Notes: generated by a model from the sequence alone, not told the origin. A DNA stretch of 64,000 nucleotides from Promethearchaeota archaeon (GCA_048940925.1 JBHLOC010000002.1:64001-128000), one strand, 5' to 3'. Counted from the stretch's first letter, positions 1 to 11,284 are shown. A program made the numbers and translations.

Positions 1-864
1 TGCTCGAATGGATATCTTAGTTTCACTGATCCATATCCTTGGGATTATTACAATGTTCCATTTCCTTCGGCAGATCCTTTACACACATATATGATAGCTC
101 CGTTTTGGGATGATTTGTACCAACCTGGAGGCGGAAATATCTATGTACAATCATTCGGGACTTATTGGGTGGCAGAATGGCTTAATATTGAACATATTAA
201 TGGATATGTAGCTGGATCTTTTGAAGTAATTTTGTACGAGACAGGTGAAATTGTTTTTAATTATGATTATCTTGACTATACTGCTGGTTTCTATACATGT
301 GGTTTGAATCTAGGTGTAGATACCCTATATTATAATTCATATTCAGGATTAGATGATAATACTGATGACTTTTCAATACAATTTTATCATGAAGGTCCAC
401 CCGAAGCTTTTGGATTACATAGCACTGCTGGAACACCAAACGATGATGATGGTGCATTTACTTTAACATGGGATCTCTCCCCGAGAGCAGTTAATTACTC
501 CGTATATCAATATTCTAAATCAATAACAGAATATAATCAAAGTTTAACTTCATTAATAGAGGGATCAACTGATCATTCATTATCTCGCAGTGGATATACA
601 AACGGAACTTATTACTTTATAGTCATCGCTTATAATGATGATGGAGAAACACTTTCAAACTGTATAAAAGTTGATGTACTTATACCTCCTCCAGAACCAG
701 AGCCAGAACCGGAACCAGAACCAGAACCAGAGCCAGAACCGGAGCCAGAACCGGAGCCAAAAAAGCAAATTCCTGGATATAGTTTATATTTCCTTTTTGC
801 ATTTATAGCAATTACATTGATTTTTATTATGAAAAAAAAATATAAATTTACAAATAATCTATAA
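1..864 (+). CDS. 5'-truncated cell-surface protein: NIDO-like region, FN3-like domain, PE linker, Loki-CTERM-like sorting anchor
   Basis: Frame is open from base 1 (CSNGYLSF...IAPFWDDL). Followed by a beta-sandwich with YYFIVIAYN, a (PE)n linker, and C-terminal IPGY + hydrophobic helix + KKK. Confidence 0.75.
   Translation, partial: CSNGYLSFTDPYPWDYYNVPFPSADPLHTYMIAPFWDDLYQPGGGNIYVQSFGTYWVAEWLNIEHINGYVAGSFEVILYETGEIVFNYDYLDYTAGFYTCGLNLGVDTLYYNSYSGLDDNTDDFSIQFYHEGPPEAFGLHSTAGTPNDDDGAFTLTWDLSPRAVNYSVYQYSKSITEYNQSLTSLIEGSTDHSLSRSGYTNGTYYFIVIAYNDDGETLSNCIKVDVLIPPPEPEPEPEPEPEPEPEPEPEPEPKKQIPGYSLYFLFAFIAITLIFIMKKKYKFTNNL
691..759 (+). repeat. CCRGAR hexamer tandem repeat encoding a (Pro-Glu)11 linker
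   Basis: ccagaaccagagccagaaccggaa... is directly visible. Confidence 0.95.
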
Positions 865-1121
865 AAATAATCTAATTTTTTTTTTTTAATATTTTTTATT
901 TTTAAAGTGGAAAAGTACTGAATATTTACCTCCAATAGGGGGATTATACTTGGATTTAATTTACTCTTCTTGCTTGATATTATTATAATAATACCAATAT
1001 CATTAACAAGAAAGCATATTAAGAAAAAATAAATTCTTTAAGAAAAAATTTGAATTATTCAGCGATTACATTTTTTTGTTTTAGAATAAAACTTAAATAT
1101 ATAATTTTCTTCTTAAATAAA

Positions 1122-1452
1122 GAGACGAGTGAGATATGGAGCTGACGGTGGGTTTAACCTGCTGAGGAACCTCGCCCCACACTCCAAGCAAGGTGTAGAA
1201 AACTACTATGATGAGAATCATATTTTAGCAACTGAAACGACACTGCCTTCTTACAGATATTAATGACCTGGAAATAAGCCAGAGAAATTGTAGGAGGGAA
1301 TGGTTGGAACGAGCTAAAACCTTGGTGCAAGGCCAAATGAAAGTTATGAGGCACTTGGAACGAACTTTAGGTAGGCCGCATAGTTGGATGCTCCAACTGG
1401 CACTTGGTGACGAGTGCAGTACAGAAGGGCGGGTATATATCTCAAGCGTCTC
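1122..1452 (+). ncRNA. rnpB: Archaeal RNase P RNA
   Basis: GC-enriched island with complementary ends (GAGACG/CGTCTC, GAGATAT/ATATCTC = P1). CR-I GAGGAACCTCGCCC (1164-1177) pairs with CR-V ACAGAAGGGCGGGT (1421-1434) to form P4. Internal GCAAGGCCAAAT/GGTAGGCCGC elements. Confidence 0.9.
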
Positions 1453-1499
1453 AATTCTCTTTAAAAATAAGTTGAAGAATTAAATCTAAAATTGAGATT

Positions 1500-2534
1500 T
1501 TAATATTTTCTTTTAGAATTAGGATATCCACATAATGGACAGTGCCATCCTTTAGGCATATCGACTTGTTCTTCATTTCCACATTCCAAACAGGTCCATA
1601 TAGCTTTTTCGGTATCTCTTTCAGCTTGTTTTAAGGATATATCATACTTTAAAGGTTGTGACGTGCTTCTTCTGAAGTAAGCTTTCGATCGATTACATGA
1701 AGGGCAATGGAATTTATCTGGCAATTCATTCATTACAACTTCATATCCACATTCTAAACATTTCCATATAGCCTTATCAGCTTCTTTAGCAGATATTTCA
1801 TAGCGATCAGGTTTTAAAGATTTTCTTCTGAAATAAGCTTTCGAATGACTACATGATGGACAATTAAAGTTATCTGGTAATTCATTCATTATAACTTCAT
1901 ATCCGCATTCCATGCAAATCCAAATGGTTTTTTCAGCATTTGTTTCTTCGACTAAAGTTAAAATATATTTCTGAAAGTAAGGTTTAAAATGTTTGCATGA
2001 AGGACACTGAAAATTTTCTGGTAATTCATCTCTAGGGACTTCGTATCCACATTCTATACATTTCCACACATTAATTTCACTATGTTTAAGCAAAGCATCA
2101 TCCTTCGCTAGTTGTAAAAGCATTTGTAATCGATTAAAATGACTTCTTTCAATTTTCACTACGTCATTTATTTTTTTAGCAATTTCAGAATATCCCTCCT
2201 CTTTTGCGATTAAGGCAAAATTTGGATACATCTCGCGAAATTCAAAAGCTTCTTCTTTGATAGCAGATTTTAAGTTCTCGATTGTTGTGCCATATACAGT
2301 TGTACTTTGAATTTCAACCTTTAAATTATCAAAAAATTCATCTTTCTTTAATCTTTGGAGCAACAAATAATTCCACGTTGCGTGTTCTCTTTCTTGATCT
2401 GCTATCTCTTCAAAAAATTTTGAAAATAATATTAACCCTTCATTTCTTGCAGTTTTTGAATATAATTCATAACGATTTCGTGCTTGTGATTCATAAACAA
2501 AAGCCTGCATCAAATTATTGACTGTTTCTTTCAT
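1500..2534 (-). CDS. Rubrerythrin with four C-terminal rubredoxin-like domains
   Basis: ESQARNRY, EREHA, E..E...MYP and E..H diiron motifs, followed by four W-x-C-x-E-C-G...C-P-x-C units. Confidence 0.85.
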   Translation of the reverse strand: MKETVNNLMQAFVYESQARNRYELYSKTARNEGLILFSKFFEEIADQEREHATWNYLLLQRLKKDEFFDNLKVEIQSTTVYGTTIENLKSAIKEEAFEFREMYPNFALIAKEEGYSEIAKKINDVVKIERSHFNRLQMLLQLAKDDALLKHSEINVWKCIECGYEVPRDELPENFQCPSCKHFKPYFQKYILTLVEETNAEKTIWICMECGYEVIMNELPDNFNCPSCSHSKAYFRRKSLKPDRYEISAKEADKAIWKCLECGYEVVMNELPDKFHCPSCNRSKAYFRRSTSQPLKYDISLKQAERDTEKAIWTCLECGNEEQVDMPKGWHCPLCGYPNSKRKY

Positions 2535-2669
2535 TTCAATAGCCTTTTTTATCTAATATATTCAAATTATATTTTTATTAAAATAATTAACTAGTTTTTC
2601 ACTCTTTTCTAAAGCACGCAAAAATATAAAAAAAAAATTAAATTTTATTTTAAAAGAATTTCATTACGA

Positions 2670-3431
2670 TTATAATTTCTTCAGTAATGAACTGATTTCA
2701 GTTGGCATAAAAATTACAATCTTTTGAGACGGTTCATGAGAAATATCTTGAATTGTTTGGAGTGTTCTTAACTGGATTGCTGCTGAATTTGAAGCTAATA
2801 ATTCTGCAGCTTTAGCAATATTTTGTGCTGCTTCATATTCACCTTCTGAAGCGATAATTGTAGCGCGTTTTTCACGTTCTTTTTCAGCTTGTACTGCCAT
2901 TGCTCGTTTCATGTTTTCTGGTAATGAAATTTGTTGAATCTTAATTTGACTGATTTCTATTCCCCATTCTCTCGTTTCTTCATCAACTACTTTACGTATT
3001 CCTGTGGAAATTTTTTCTCTCTGAGTTAACACTTCGTCAAGTTCCATACCTCCGATGACATCTCTCAAAGCTCCTTGAGTGTAATTGAATACGGCCCTAA
3101 CATGATTTTCTATCTTTGTAGTTGCATATTCAGGATTAATCACCTTATAAAATACACTTGTATCTACAGTAACAGGAATGTTATCCTTAGTTATTATATC
3201 TTGCTTAGCTATGTCCAATGTTTTAATTCTTATATCAATACTTAACGACTTTTCAATGAGAGGTAATACATAAACAATACCGGGACCGATGGTTCTTTTG
3301 TATTTTCCAAATCGAAAAATTATAAGCCGATTATATTCTGTCGCAGTCTTAATTCCTGTTAAAATCCATATAATAACAAAAAATAGGATAATGCCAACAA
3401 CAACACCGATAATAGCAAATTCTGTTGAAAT
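2670..3431 (-). CDS. SPFH/stomatin (band 7) family protein; probable ATT start
   Basis: QDIITKDN, LRDVIGGMELDEVL, AMAVQAEKERE, QLRTLQT. Frame extends 71 codons upstream of the tracked TTG through a TM helix and FRFGKY..IGPG to an ATT after GGAGGG. Confidence 0.88.
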   Translation of the reverse strand: MSTEFAIIGVVVGIILFFVIIWILTGIKTATEYNRLIIFRFGKYKRTIGPGIVYVLPLIEKSLSIDIRIKTLDIAKQDIITKDNIPVTVDTSVFYKVINPEYATTKIENHVRAVFNYTQGALRDVIGGMELDEVLTQREKISTGIRKVVDEETREWGIEISQIKIQQISLPENMKRAMAVQAEKEREKRATIIASEGEYEAAQNIAKAAELLASNSAAIQLRTLQTIQDISHEPSQKIVIFMPTEISSLLKKL

Positions 3432-3737
3432 TTTAATCCCTCCATAATTATTTTTTTATTTTTAAGCATAGAGATTTATTTTATTGTAAATTGGATTGAC
3501 ACTTTAATTAAATAAGAAGGGAAATATAAAAATCTTACTATAAATATTATAATTCTCTTTCTTCCAAAGAATTTCCTATTTCTTTAAAATTAATCTATTA
3601 AAATAATCAAAATATTTGTTATAACTACTGCCAACATCTTTTGAATTCTTAACAAAATTAGATTCGGTTTAATTTTGCTATTCTTATAAAAGGTTAAGAT
3701 TTTTAAACAACTTTCTGAGATATGAGGAAATAGAAAG

Positions 3738-3863
3738 TTAGTCTAATAGAGTAAAAGAACAGTTATCTTCTCCGCATCCTGGGCATTTAAACTCCTCATC
3801 TGGGAAATCATCTAAGTCAAATTCATGACCACATTTATCGCATTTAAATTTTAAAAATCCCAT
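3738..3863 (-). CDS. 41-aa rubredoxin/zinc-ribbon microprotein (not in ORF track)
   Basis: Own translation: MGFLKFKCDKCGHEFDLDDFPDEEFKCPGCGEDNCSFTLLD*, two CxxC motifs. Confidence 0.75.
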   Translation of the reverse strand: MGFLKFKCDKCGHEFDLDDFPDEEFKCPGCGEDNCSFTLLD

Positions 3864-4073
3864 AAATCCCCATTGGCAGTAGTATTAAGCATCCTAATTA
3901 TTAAATTAAAATTATCGTAAATTTAAATTTTTAGGAATAGGGATGCCTAAAAGTATACTTATATATAGATTCATAATAATTTTTTAATATTTTGTTTAAC
4001 TGTATCAATCTACATTATTATAAATATTATGACTCAAGGAAATGATAATATTTTGTAATATATTATCTATATT

Positions 4074-4607
4074 TTAAGTAATAATCTTAAAGACTATTTT
4101 TTGATAAATCTCCTGAAAGTTTTGATGATTTAAATTAAAAATACTTACATTTGGAAGATCCAAAATGAAATTTTTCACTGGATGTTTTAATTTTAATCCT
4201 ATTGTAGCTAAAATGGTAACATCAGAAGAAAATATATTTCTAATAAAATTTTGAAATTTTTTAGAATACAGCTCCATTTTTCCAATCTCATCAATAACCA
4301 ATAAATTTATCTCATTAAATTCAATAAGTTCTAATTTTGATATCATTTCCTCAAGTTCTTCTACAAATACAGAATACTTTCCTACTTTATATTTGGTGTC
4401 ATAATTTCCAATACGTGCTAATTTTCTATACTCTTGAGAATAAATATCTTTTATATCAAAACCAATTCGGTTACCCTTTTTCCTTATTTCTGGTGTTAAA
4501 AATCCATGAATTGTATAATTCAACTTATTAAAATAATCCAACAATTTAGAGATCAGGGTACTTTTTCCACACCTAGGTGGACCGGTAATAAGTATTTTTG
4601 GTTTCAA
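4074..4607 (-). CDS. NTPase (NTPase_1/THEP1 family)
   Basis: ILITGPPRCGKST, GFLTPEIR..G.RIGF, VGKY, VIDEIGKMEL. Confidence 0.9.
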   Translation of the reverse strand: MKPKILITGPPRCGKSTLISKLLDYFNKLNYTIHGFLTPEIRKKGNRIGFDIKDIYSQEYRKLARIGNYDTKYKVGKYSVFVEELEEMISKLELIEFNEINLLVIDEIGKMELYSKKFQNFIRNIFSSDVTILATIGLKLKHPVKNFILDLPNVSIFNLNHQNFQEIYQKIVFKIIT

Positions 4608-4714
4608 TTTTTACTTGCTTGAATTTTTTTGATTTACTTGTATCAATACTCAAACTATATATATTTTGCAATGAAATAAAATTTAATACTCATAATAAAT
4701 GATGTGAAGCGATT

Positions 4715-5554
4715 ATAAGGCGTTTTGATGGAGAATTTATTGGACTAGATCATACAAACCTTTATTATCAAGCTTGGATACCCGATAGTGAACCTAAAGC
4801 TATAATTATAATGCTACATGGGTTTGCGTCACATTCTGGACGATTAATTAATGTTGTAAATGCCCTTGTGCCTTTAAATTACGCAATTTTCGCTAATGAT
4901 CATCGGGGTCATGGAAAGTCTGGAGGTAAAACAAATTTTGCTAAGAATATGGATCAATATGTAGAAGATGAAAGGATTTTCTATGATATTGTTAAAGAAA
5001 AGTATGTTGACTTACCGATTTTTATGTTGGGTCACTCAATGGGGTCAGGAATTACATTTTATTTTGCAAAAAAATATGAAAATCTTTTAAAAGGAATTAT
5101 TATTTCTGGCTCTGGTACTAAATATGGAGGTGATGATATACCAGGAATAGTAAAAACATTAGCAAAAGTAATGTCTAAAGTTGCCCCAAAATTTTCTGCT
5201 AAAACTAGTTTGGATCCTAATTTACTTTCTCATGATACTGAAGTTGTAAAAAAATATAAAGAGGACCCTCTTGTGCATTATAAAAAAACAACTGTGGGAC
5301 AAGTAAATGCTATGTTTGAAAGTTTTAAAAAATTACCTAATATCGTAGGAGATATAAATTATCCAATCCTAATACAAAAAGGATTAGCAGATGCTACAGT
5401 TACTGGATATGATGAATTAAAGAATGCGTTAAAGACTGAAAATGTTACAATTCAAGAATATGATGGTTTATATCACGAAATTTATAATGAATCAGAAGAG
5501 GATCGAGAAAGAGTTTTAAAAGACCTTAGAGAATGGTTAGAAAATCATATTTAG
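4715..5554 (+). CDS. Alpha/beta hydrolase, lysophospholipase/monoacylglycerol lipase family; probable ATA (or ATT 4712) start
   Basis: HG..SH, DHRGHGKS, GHSMG, YHEIYNE. Frame extends upstream through LYYQAWIPDSEPKAIII to ATA/ATT, with an in-frame TGA at 4700. Confidence 0.85.
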   Translation: MRRFDGEFIGLDHTNLYYQAWIPDSEPKAIIIMLHGFASHSGRLINVVNALVPLNYAIFANDHRGHGKSGGKTNFAKNMDQYVEDERIFYDIVKEKYVDLPIFMLGHSMGSGITFYFAKKYENLLKGIIISGSGTKYGGDDIPGIVKTLAKVMSKVAPKFSAKTSLDPNLLSHDTEVVKKYKEDPLVHYKKTTVGQVNAMFESFKKLPNIVGDINYPILIQKGLADATVTGYDELKNALKTENVTIQEYDGLYHEIYNESEEDRERVLKDLREWLENHI

Positions 5555-5599
5555 AAAATGAAAAAACAAATAGATATATAAAAATATTTTTTTTCAACC

Positions 5600-6733
5600 C
5601 TATTTATTCAATTCTTGAAACTTTAATAACAGATCTTTTTGTTTATCACTTATTTTCTGAGGAATTTCAATATTTACTATTACATATTGGTCCCCACGAC
5701 CTCTTCCCCGTAAATACGTGATTCCTCTATTTTTAATTCGAAATTCGGTTCCAGGCTGAGTTCCCGCTGGAATTGTTAGTTCTTTTTCAGTAATTTTCTC
5801 TTCTTTATGATCTAAAGTTGGTACTGTAATCTTCCCTCCTATGATTGCGGTGACCACATCTACATTAATAGGAGTGTAAAGATCATTCCCTCGGCGTATA
5901 AAATTCTCATTCTCTTTTATTCGAATACCTAAATAAAGATCACCTGGAATAGCATTGACAGAAGGTACATGTCCGGCACCTTGAACTTTTAAATGAACTC
6001 CATCTTCCACTCCGGGTGGTATTTCGACGTGAATTGTTTTTTGTTCGGAGACAACTTTTGAACCATTACAAACCTTACATTTCTTTTCAATTATTCTTCC
6101 AGAACCATTACATCTGTTACATCCTGTTTCACGGATGATAGTGCCAAATCCAGACTGTGACATTTTTCTTATTCGTCCTGTTCCTTGGCATTCTGGGCAT
6201 GTGATTATACTTGAAGGATCTTCTGCGCCTGTTCCCTCACAAGCATCACAAGGAGTGTATCGTTCTATAGTCACATCTTTTTTTACTCCAAACATAGCTT
6301 CTTTAAAACTAATTTCAATATGATCTTCAATATCTTGTCCTACTTCACGACGAGGTGCTGCTCTTCTTCTTGCTCTTGAGCCAAAGCCACCAAATCCAAA
6401 ATCATTGAAACCGCCAAAAGGACTAAAATCACCAAAAATCGACCGAAAAAGTTCATCTATTCCAGGAATACCTCCACTGAAAATATCACTCATATCAATG
6501 TGGACACCACTGTGTCCAAAACGATCATAATTACGTCTTTTGTTCTCATCGCTTAAAACTTCATAAGCTTCTTGGAGTTCGATAAATTTCTCCTTAGCTT
6601 GTGGATCTGTTTTATTCACATCTGGATGTAATTTTCGAGCTAATCTACGATATGCTAATTTAATATCGTTTAAAGTAGCATCCTTGTTTACTCCTAGAAC
6701 TTCGTAGTAATCTCTTTTTTTACTAGAACTCAT
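5600..6733 (-). CDS. dnaJ: Chaperone DnaJ
   Basis: J domain with HPD, G/F-rich region, four CxxCxGxG-type repeats, GDQYV C-terminal domain. Confidence 0.97.
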   Translation of the reverse strand: MSSSKKRDYYEVLGVNKDATLNDIKLAYRRLARKLHPDVNKTDPQAKEKFIELQEAYEVLSDENKRRNYDRFGHSGVHIDMSDIFSGGIPGIDELFRSIFGDFSPFGGFNDFGFGGFGSRARRRAAPRREVGQDIEDHIEISFKEAMFGVKKDVTIERYTPCDACEGTGAEDPSSIITCPECQGTGRIRKMSQSGFGTIIRETGCNRCNGSGRIIEKKCKVCNGSKVVSEQKTIHVEIPPGVEDGVHLKVQGAGHVPSVNAIPGDLYLGIRIKENENFIRRGNDLYTPINVDVVTAIIGGKITVPTLDHKEEKITEKELTIPAGTQPGTEFRIKNRGITYLRGRGRGDQYVIVNIEIPQKISDKQKDLLLKFQELNK

Positions 6734-6839
6734 GATTTATTAGATTCTTGTTATTATTGAATACGTTCTAAAATCAAGTAAATAAAATTGTTTTTGAAAT
6801 TTAATTTTTTAGGTATTTGGTAATTAAATAGTTAAATTC

Positions 6840-7229
6840 CCAAATTTTTAAATTTCGACAAATTAATAGGAATTCATCAAAAAACTTGGCAAATTTGCTT
6901 TCCACATTATAAGAAAGGAAAACTAAATCAAACCCACTATATTACAGTGGATTGAAAGACTATGCCTAAAGGATCATAAAGAATTTCTAGAGCAAACATG
7001 CACTTTTGAACGTTTAAATCTCTTGTCAAACATGAAATTTAACTTATTAATCGTAGATTTAGATAAAATTAACCTACGTCAAGATTTAATATACTTCAAA
7101 TCTGATTCTTATAATTTTTTCGAAGAATTAAATTTGAGAGTGGAAGAAATGGAAATATCACTTTTGCTTGGATGTTCTATTGACCCTTTAATTGCTAATA
7201 ATGAAAATATGGAACTAATGGATGTATAA
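6840..7229 (+). pseudogene. Possible degraded or frameshifted ORF of unknown family
   Basis: Two overlapping open stretches (FLNFDKLIGIHQKTWQICFPHY... and ILQWIERLCLKDHK...MELMDV) with no good start. Confidence 0.25.
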
Positions 7230-7267
7230 CAAAAAAAATGATTCTTAGGATGTATAACAAAAAAAAA
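7220..7267 (+). repeat. Direct repeat GGATGTATAAC-A(8-9), two copies
   Basis: Copies at about 7220 and 7248. Confidence 0.7.
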
Positions 7268-7331
7268 GTTATGCTCATATGGGTCTTATCGAAAAATGAT
7301 ATCTTTTTAAATTAAGAGATCTATAAACAAT

Positions 7332-7706
7332 TTGATTATGAATAAAAGGGATCCGAAGCTAACAGCCCTTCTGTTTAATGAATGTATTAATAATCAAGAT
7401 ATCAAAAGGCTTACAAGTCTAATGTCAGATGACCATGTATTTATCGATCGTCATGGAGATTGTTATGGAGATATGGTTAAGGGGTGGATGGAGTTTTTTG
7501 ACAATTATTCTACCTATAAAAACATTTTTACCAGAATTGAATCACAAGATAACTTAGTAATTTTAATAGGTTATGCCAAATGGTCTAAAGACTCTTTAGA
7601 AGAAGATCATGCAATTTGGACAGCAACCATCGAGAATGATCTCGTCACTAAATGGCAGATTTATGAGGATACGGAAAAAAATAGGAAAAAACTCAATATA
7701 TTTTGA
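7332..7706 (+). CDS. NTF2/SnoaL-like protein
   Basis: FNECINNQDI..L..LMSDDHVFID...W..FF...KWQIYED pattern. Confidence 0.75.
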   Translation: MIMNKRDPKLTALLFNECINNQDIKRLTSLMSDDHVFIDRHGDCYGDMVKGWMEFFDNYSTYKNIFTRIESQDNLVILIGYAKWSKDSLEEDHAIWTATIENDLVTKWQIYEDTEKNRKKLNIF

Positions 7707-7796
7707 ACTAGCTAATAATATTTAATCTTTTTATATTATTAACATGTAAATTTATATAAAAAAATAGATAATTAAAAAGGAAACATCAATTGGGAA

Positions 7797-9809
7797 TCAG
7801 TCCTCATCCCAATCCACATCTACGACCTTCTTTTTCTTGTCTTCTTCTTTTTCTTTTTCAGTTTTGTATGAAGCTCCTCCAGTACCCGCATCTGCGCCAC
7901 CCATCCCGCCAGGGGGTACACCACCCATCCCCCCAGGGGGAACTCCTCCCATCCCACCAGCTGCACGTTGGGCTTGTTCAGCAGCTTGTTGATATACTTG
8001 ATCTTGAGCTTGTGAAGCATATATTCTCTGCGAAAAACTATACATGGATTTCTGTAAATTTTCTATTCCCAATTTAATCCGATTGACATCATCAGTTTTA
8101 ATATCCTCTTCTAATGATGAAATTGCAGATTCAATTTGTTGTTTTTCATTATCTTGAATTTTATCTTTATTTTCATCTATTAATTTTCTTGTTTGATAAA
8201 TCATCGAATCAGCATTATTTTTTGCTTCAACCAATTCTCTCACTTTTTTATCTTCATCTTCAAATTGGGAAGCTGTTCTAATTTTTTCTTCAATCTCTTC
8301 AGGGGTTAATCCTTGGGCGCCTGTAACCGTAATCCCAGTTTCTTTCCCAGTCCCTAAATCTTTTGCGGTTACATGCACTATTCCATCAGCATCAATTGAG
8401 AATTTAACTTCTATTTGAGGAACACCTCGAGGCGCTGGAGGAATTCCAGTTAGATGAAACATACCTAAGGAAATGTTATCCTTCGCCATTGCTCTCTCTC
8501 CTTGAAGAACATTAATTGTAACAGCAGGCTGATTATCTGCTGCTGTACTAAACTTCTCAGCTTTTTCAGTTGGTATAGTGCTATTTCTTTCAATTAATTT
8601 AGTAAATACTCCTCCGAGCGTTTCAACTCCAAGTGAAAGAGGAGTAACATCTAATAATAGAAGATCTTCCACATCTCCTGCAATAATTCCTCCTTGAATC
8701 GCAGCTCCTATTGCAACACATTCCATTGGATCAACTCCATGTTCTGGTTCCTTTCCGAAAAACTTTCTAAATCGTTCTTGGACTGAGGGCATTCTAGTTG
8801 GACCCCCAACCAATATAACTTTGTGTACATCAATAGCGGATATTTTCGCATCAGAAACAGCTCTTTGCATTATTGGGTCTAGCCTTCTAAGAGTAGGTTC
8901 TATTAATTGCTCTAATTTTGCTCTTGTAAGTTCCATATTAATATGAACAGGATTACCTTCTTTTTGTGAGATGTAGGGTAAATCAATCGTAGTGGAAAGG
9001 GTTGTCGATAATTCAATTTTAGCTCTTTCTCCAGCATCTTTAATTCTGATCATTGCTTTACTGTCCCCTCTTAAATCAATCCCTTCTTTCTTTTTGAATT
9101 CTTCAGTTACCCAATCAATTATCGCGTTGTCCATATCAGTTCCACCCAACTGGGTATCTCCTGCTGTGGAAAGGACTTCAACTACATTTTCACCGTATTC
9201 AATAATTGTTATATCGAATGTTCCACCTCCGAGGTCTAGAACGCAGATTTTCAACAATTTATCTCTTGTATCTTTATCTAAACCATAAGCTAAGCATGCT
9301 GCAGTAGGCTCGTTAATCATTCGGACAACTTCAAGCCCTGCAATTTCACCCGCATTTTTAGTGGCGGTTCTTTGAGCATCATTGAAATAGGCAGGAACTG
9401 TTATAATAGCTTTTTTTACAGGTTTTCCGAGATATGCTGAGGCATCGTTTTTAATCTTAGTTAAAATCATGGCTGAAATCTCTTCGGGTGAGAATTCTTG
9501 TAATTTATCCCCTACTTTCAATTTTGCTTTATAGGAGGTACCCATCTTTCGTTTTATAGCAGTGATCGTACCATCAGGATTACTTACCGCTTGTCTTCGA
9601 GCAGGTTCACCTACTATCTTACGTCCATTCTCATCGAAAGCTACGTATGAAGGGAAGGCTTTTCCTCCGAGTGTTCTTCCCTCCGCAGCAGGTACTATTT
9701 CAGGTTTTCCTGTTGGTGTTAAAACGGCACATGCGCTATTGGAAGTACCAAGGTCGATCCCGACAATAGTCTCCTTTTTTGTTGGTTTTTTTGATTCTTC
9801 TTCACTCAT
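7797..9809 (-). CDS. dnaK: Chaperone DnaK (Hsp70)
   Basis: [47 protein letters not shown]. Confidence 0.98.
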   Translation of the reverse strand: MSEEESKKPTKKETIVGIDLGTSNSACAVLTPTGKPEIVPAAEGRTLGGKAFPSYVAFDENGRKIVGEPARRQAVSNPDGTITAIKRKMGTSYKAKLKVGDKLQEFSPEEISAMILTKIKNDASAYLGKPVKKAIITVPAYFNDAQRTATKNAGEIAGLEVVRMINEPTAACLAYGLDKDTRDKLLKICVLDLGGGTFDITIIEYGENVVEVLSTAGDTQLGGTDMDNAIIDWVTEEFKKKEGIDLRGDSKAMIRIKDAGERAKIELSTTLSTTIDLPYISQKEGNPVHINMELTRAKLEQLIEPTLRRLDPIMQRAVSDAKISAIDVHKVILVGGPTRMPSVQERFRKFFGKEPEHGVDPMECVAIGAAIQGGIIAGDVEDLLLLDVTPLSLGVETLGGVFTKLIERNSTIPTEKAEKFSTAADNQPAVTINVLQGERAMAKDNISLGMFHLTGIPPAPRGVPQIEVKFSIDADGIVHVTAKDLGTGKETGITVTGAQGLTPEEIEEKIRTASQFEDEDKKVRELVEAKNNADSMIYQTRKLIDENKDKIQDNEKQQIESAISSLEEDIKTDDVNRIKLGIENLQKSMYSFSQRIYASQAQDQVYQQAAEQAQRAAGGMGGVPPGGMGGVPPGGMGGADAGTGGASYKTEKEKEEDKKKKVVDVDWDED

Positions 9810-10053
9810 AATTAAACCATCTTCTCTTCTAAGAATTTTGAGTATAAATTAACCTAATTTTCAAAGGTTTTCTACTATTTAATAATTTAATGATTATAGA
9901 ATTGTAAATTTACTATAAGTAAGTAATTAAACTAAATTTTTATTCTTTTTTATTTATAAAGATCCCTAAGTCATAAAATTAAAAAAAGTTTATCGCTTTT
10001 TAATCATATAAAAATAGTTCATTAATATACTTCATTAATTATAGGGAAACACT

Positions 10054-10905
10054 ATGAATGAAACTAATAACAGCGCTCCCAAAAAAAGTGAAAATAACGC
10101 AGCTAGCGTCAGTAAAGATAGTGAGAATAAAGTTTTAGAAGAAGACAAAAAGGCTCAAAATGTTGAAAGTGTAATAAAGCCAGATAAAACGAAGAAACTA
10201 GAGGAAAAAGAGCATTTTGAATTGGAATATTTTTCGAAAGAGGAGTTTATTGAGAAACTTCAAAACCTGGAGAAAACCTTAGAGGAAAAGGAAGACCAAT
10301 TAAAAAAAGTTAAAGAAGAAAAAGAAAAATCCCAGAAAAAATATATGCACCTCCAAGCAGAATTTGAAAACGCTCAGAAGCGATGGGATAAAAATAGACA
10401 AAGTTTAAGAATTGAATATACTGCTTCTGCGTTAAAAACATTCCTACCGCTCTATGATTCTTTTAAAAAAGCCCTTGATAGTGCAAATGACACAGAAAAA
10501 AAAATACTTAATAGTTTCTATACCCAATTTATGAACATATTCAAGTCGCATGGAGCTGAACCTATACATGTAGAGTTAAATGACCAATTTGATTATAATT
10601 TACATGAAGCCTTAACTTCCGTTGAAAAAGGAGATATCCCCGAAAATAGTATAGTTGAAATAGTTCAAGATGGATGGAAATATGGCAAAGAAGTTTTACG
10701 TTATGCAAAAGTAATAATCTCGAAAAAACCTAAACCTCCAGAACCTGAACCTGAGCTGGAAGAAGAAAAAATTGAAGAGGAAGAGGATAAAGAACCAATT
10801 TCTGAAGAAGCTACCACTGAACAAGTAAAGATTGAGGAAGATAATAGAAAAGAGAAAATAGTCAAGAAGCATAAGAAAGATAAAGAAGAAAAAAAATCTG
10901 AATAA
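10054..10905 (+). CDS. grpE: Nucleotide exchange factor GrpE with acidic/lysine-rich extensions
   Basis: AEFENAQKR, FDYNLHEA, QDGW....VLRYAKV. Confidence 0.92.
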   Translation: MNETNNSAPKKSENNAASVSKDSENKVLEEDKKAQNVESVIKPDKTKKLEEKEHFELEYFSKEEFIEKLQNLEKTLEEKEDQLKKVKEEKEKSQKKYMHLQAEFENAQKRWDKNRQSLRIEYTASALKTFLPLYDSFKKALDSANDTEKKILNSFYTQFMNIFKSHGAEPIHVELNDQFDYNLHEALTSVEKGDIPENSIVEIVQDGWKYGKEVLRYAKVIISKKPKPPEPEPELEEEKIEEEEDKEPISEEATTEQVKIEEDNRKEKIVKKHKKDKEEKKSE

Positions 10906-11026
10906 TCAATAATTTCAAATCTTTCTTTTTCTATGATTGTTAAATTTTGGATTTATTTATTTTAACCTAAAAAGTTAATAGGGGTTGTTTTTTTTATAAC
11001 TTAAAGAGTATAAAAGATGTAAAAAA

Positions 11027-11284
11027 ATGGCAGAGGAACCACAACTCCCTCCTATCCCTGCGATCGGAGATATTTTAGATCGAAAGAAGAGATTTGTTGA
11101 AAGAAAACATAGTGTTATAAAATGTGACGCATGTAAATCTGATTATTCAAGAACTTTCAAACCTGGAGATTTTGTATTCAAAAAAATCACCAATGAAGAA
11201 TGTAATAAATGTAAACGGAGCGACTCCTTAATAATTGTTGAGATTTACTCTGAATGGATCGATCCAAAGAAAGAGAAAGTCTAA
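11027..11284 (+). CDS. Small zinc-ribbon protein
   Basis: CDAC...FKPGDFVFK...CNKC. Confidence 0.65.
   Translation: MAEEPQLPPIPAIGDILDRKKRFVERKHSVIKCDACKSDYSRTFKPGDFVFKKITNEECNKCKRSDSLIIVEIYSEWIDPKKEKV

Noticed and set aside
630-935. Antisense ORF with a (GS)n repeat
   Set aside because: It is the reverse complement of the PE linker of the real plus-strand gene.
1154-1354. 66-aa minus-strand ORF
   Set aside because: Lies within the RNase P RNA and has no protein features.
7220-7267. Direct repeat as a CRISPR array or IS end
   Set aside because: Only two short copies with a spacer of about 9 nt, and no cas or transposase gene.
7790-9852. Several ORFs antisense or out of frame within dnaK, and similar ones in dnaJ, the mutase, iorA and the longin-GTPase genes
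   Set aside because: Shadow ORFs of well-supported genes with no motifs of their own.
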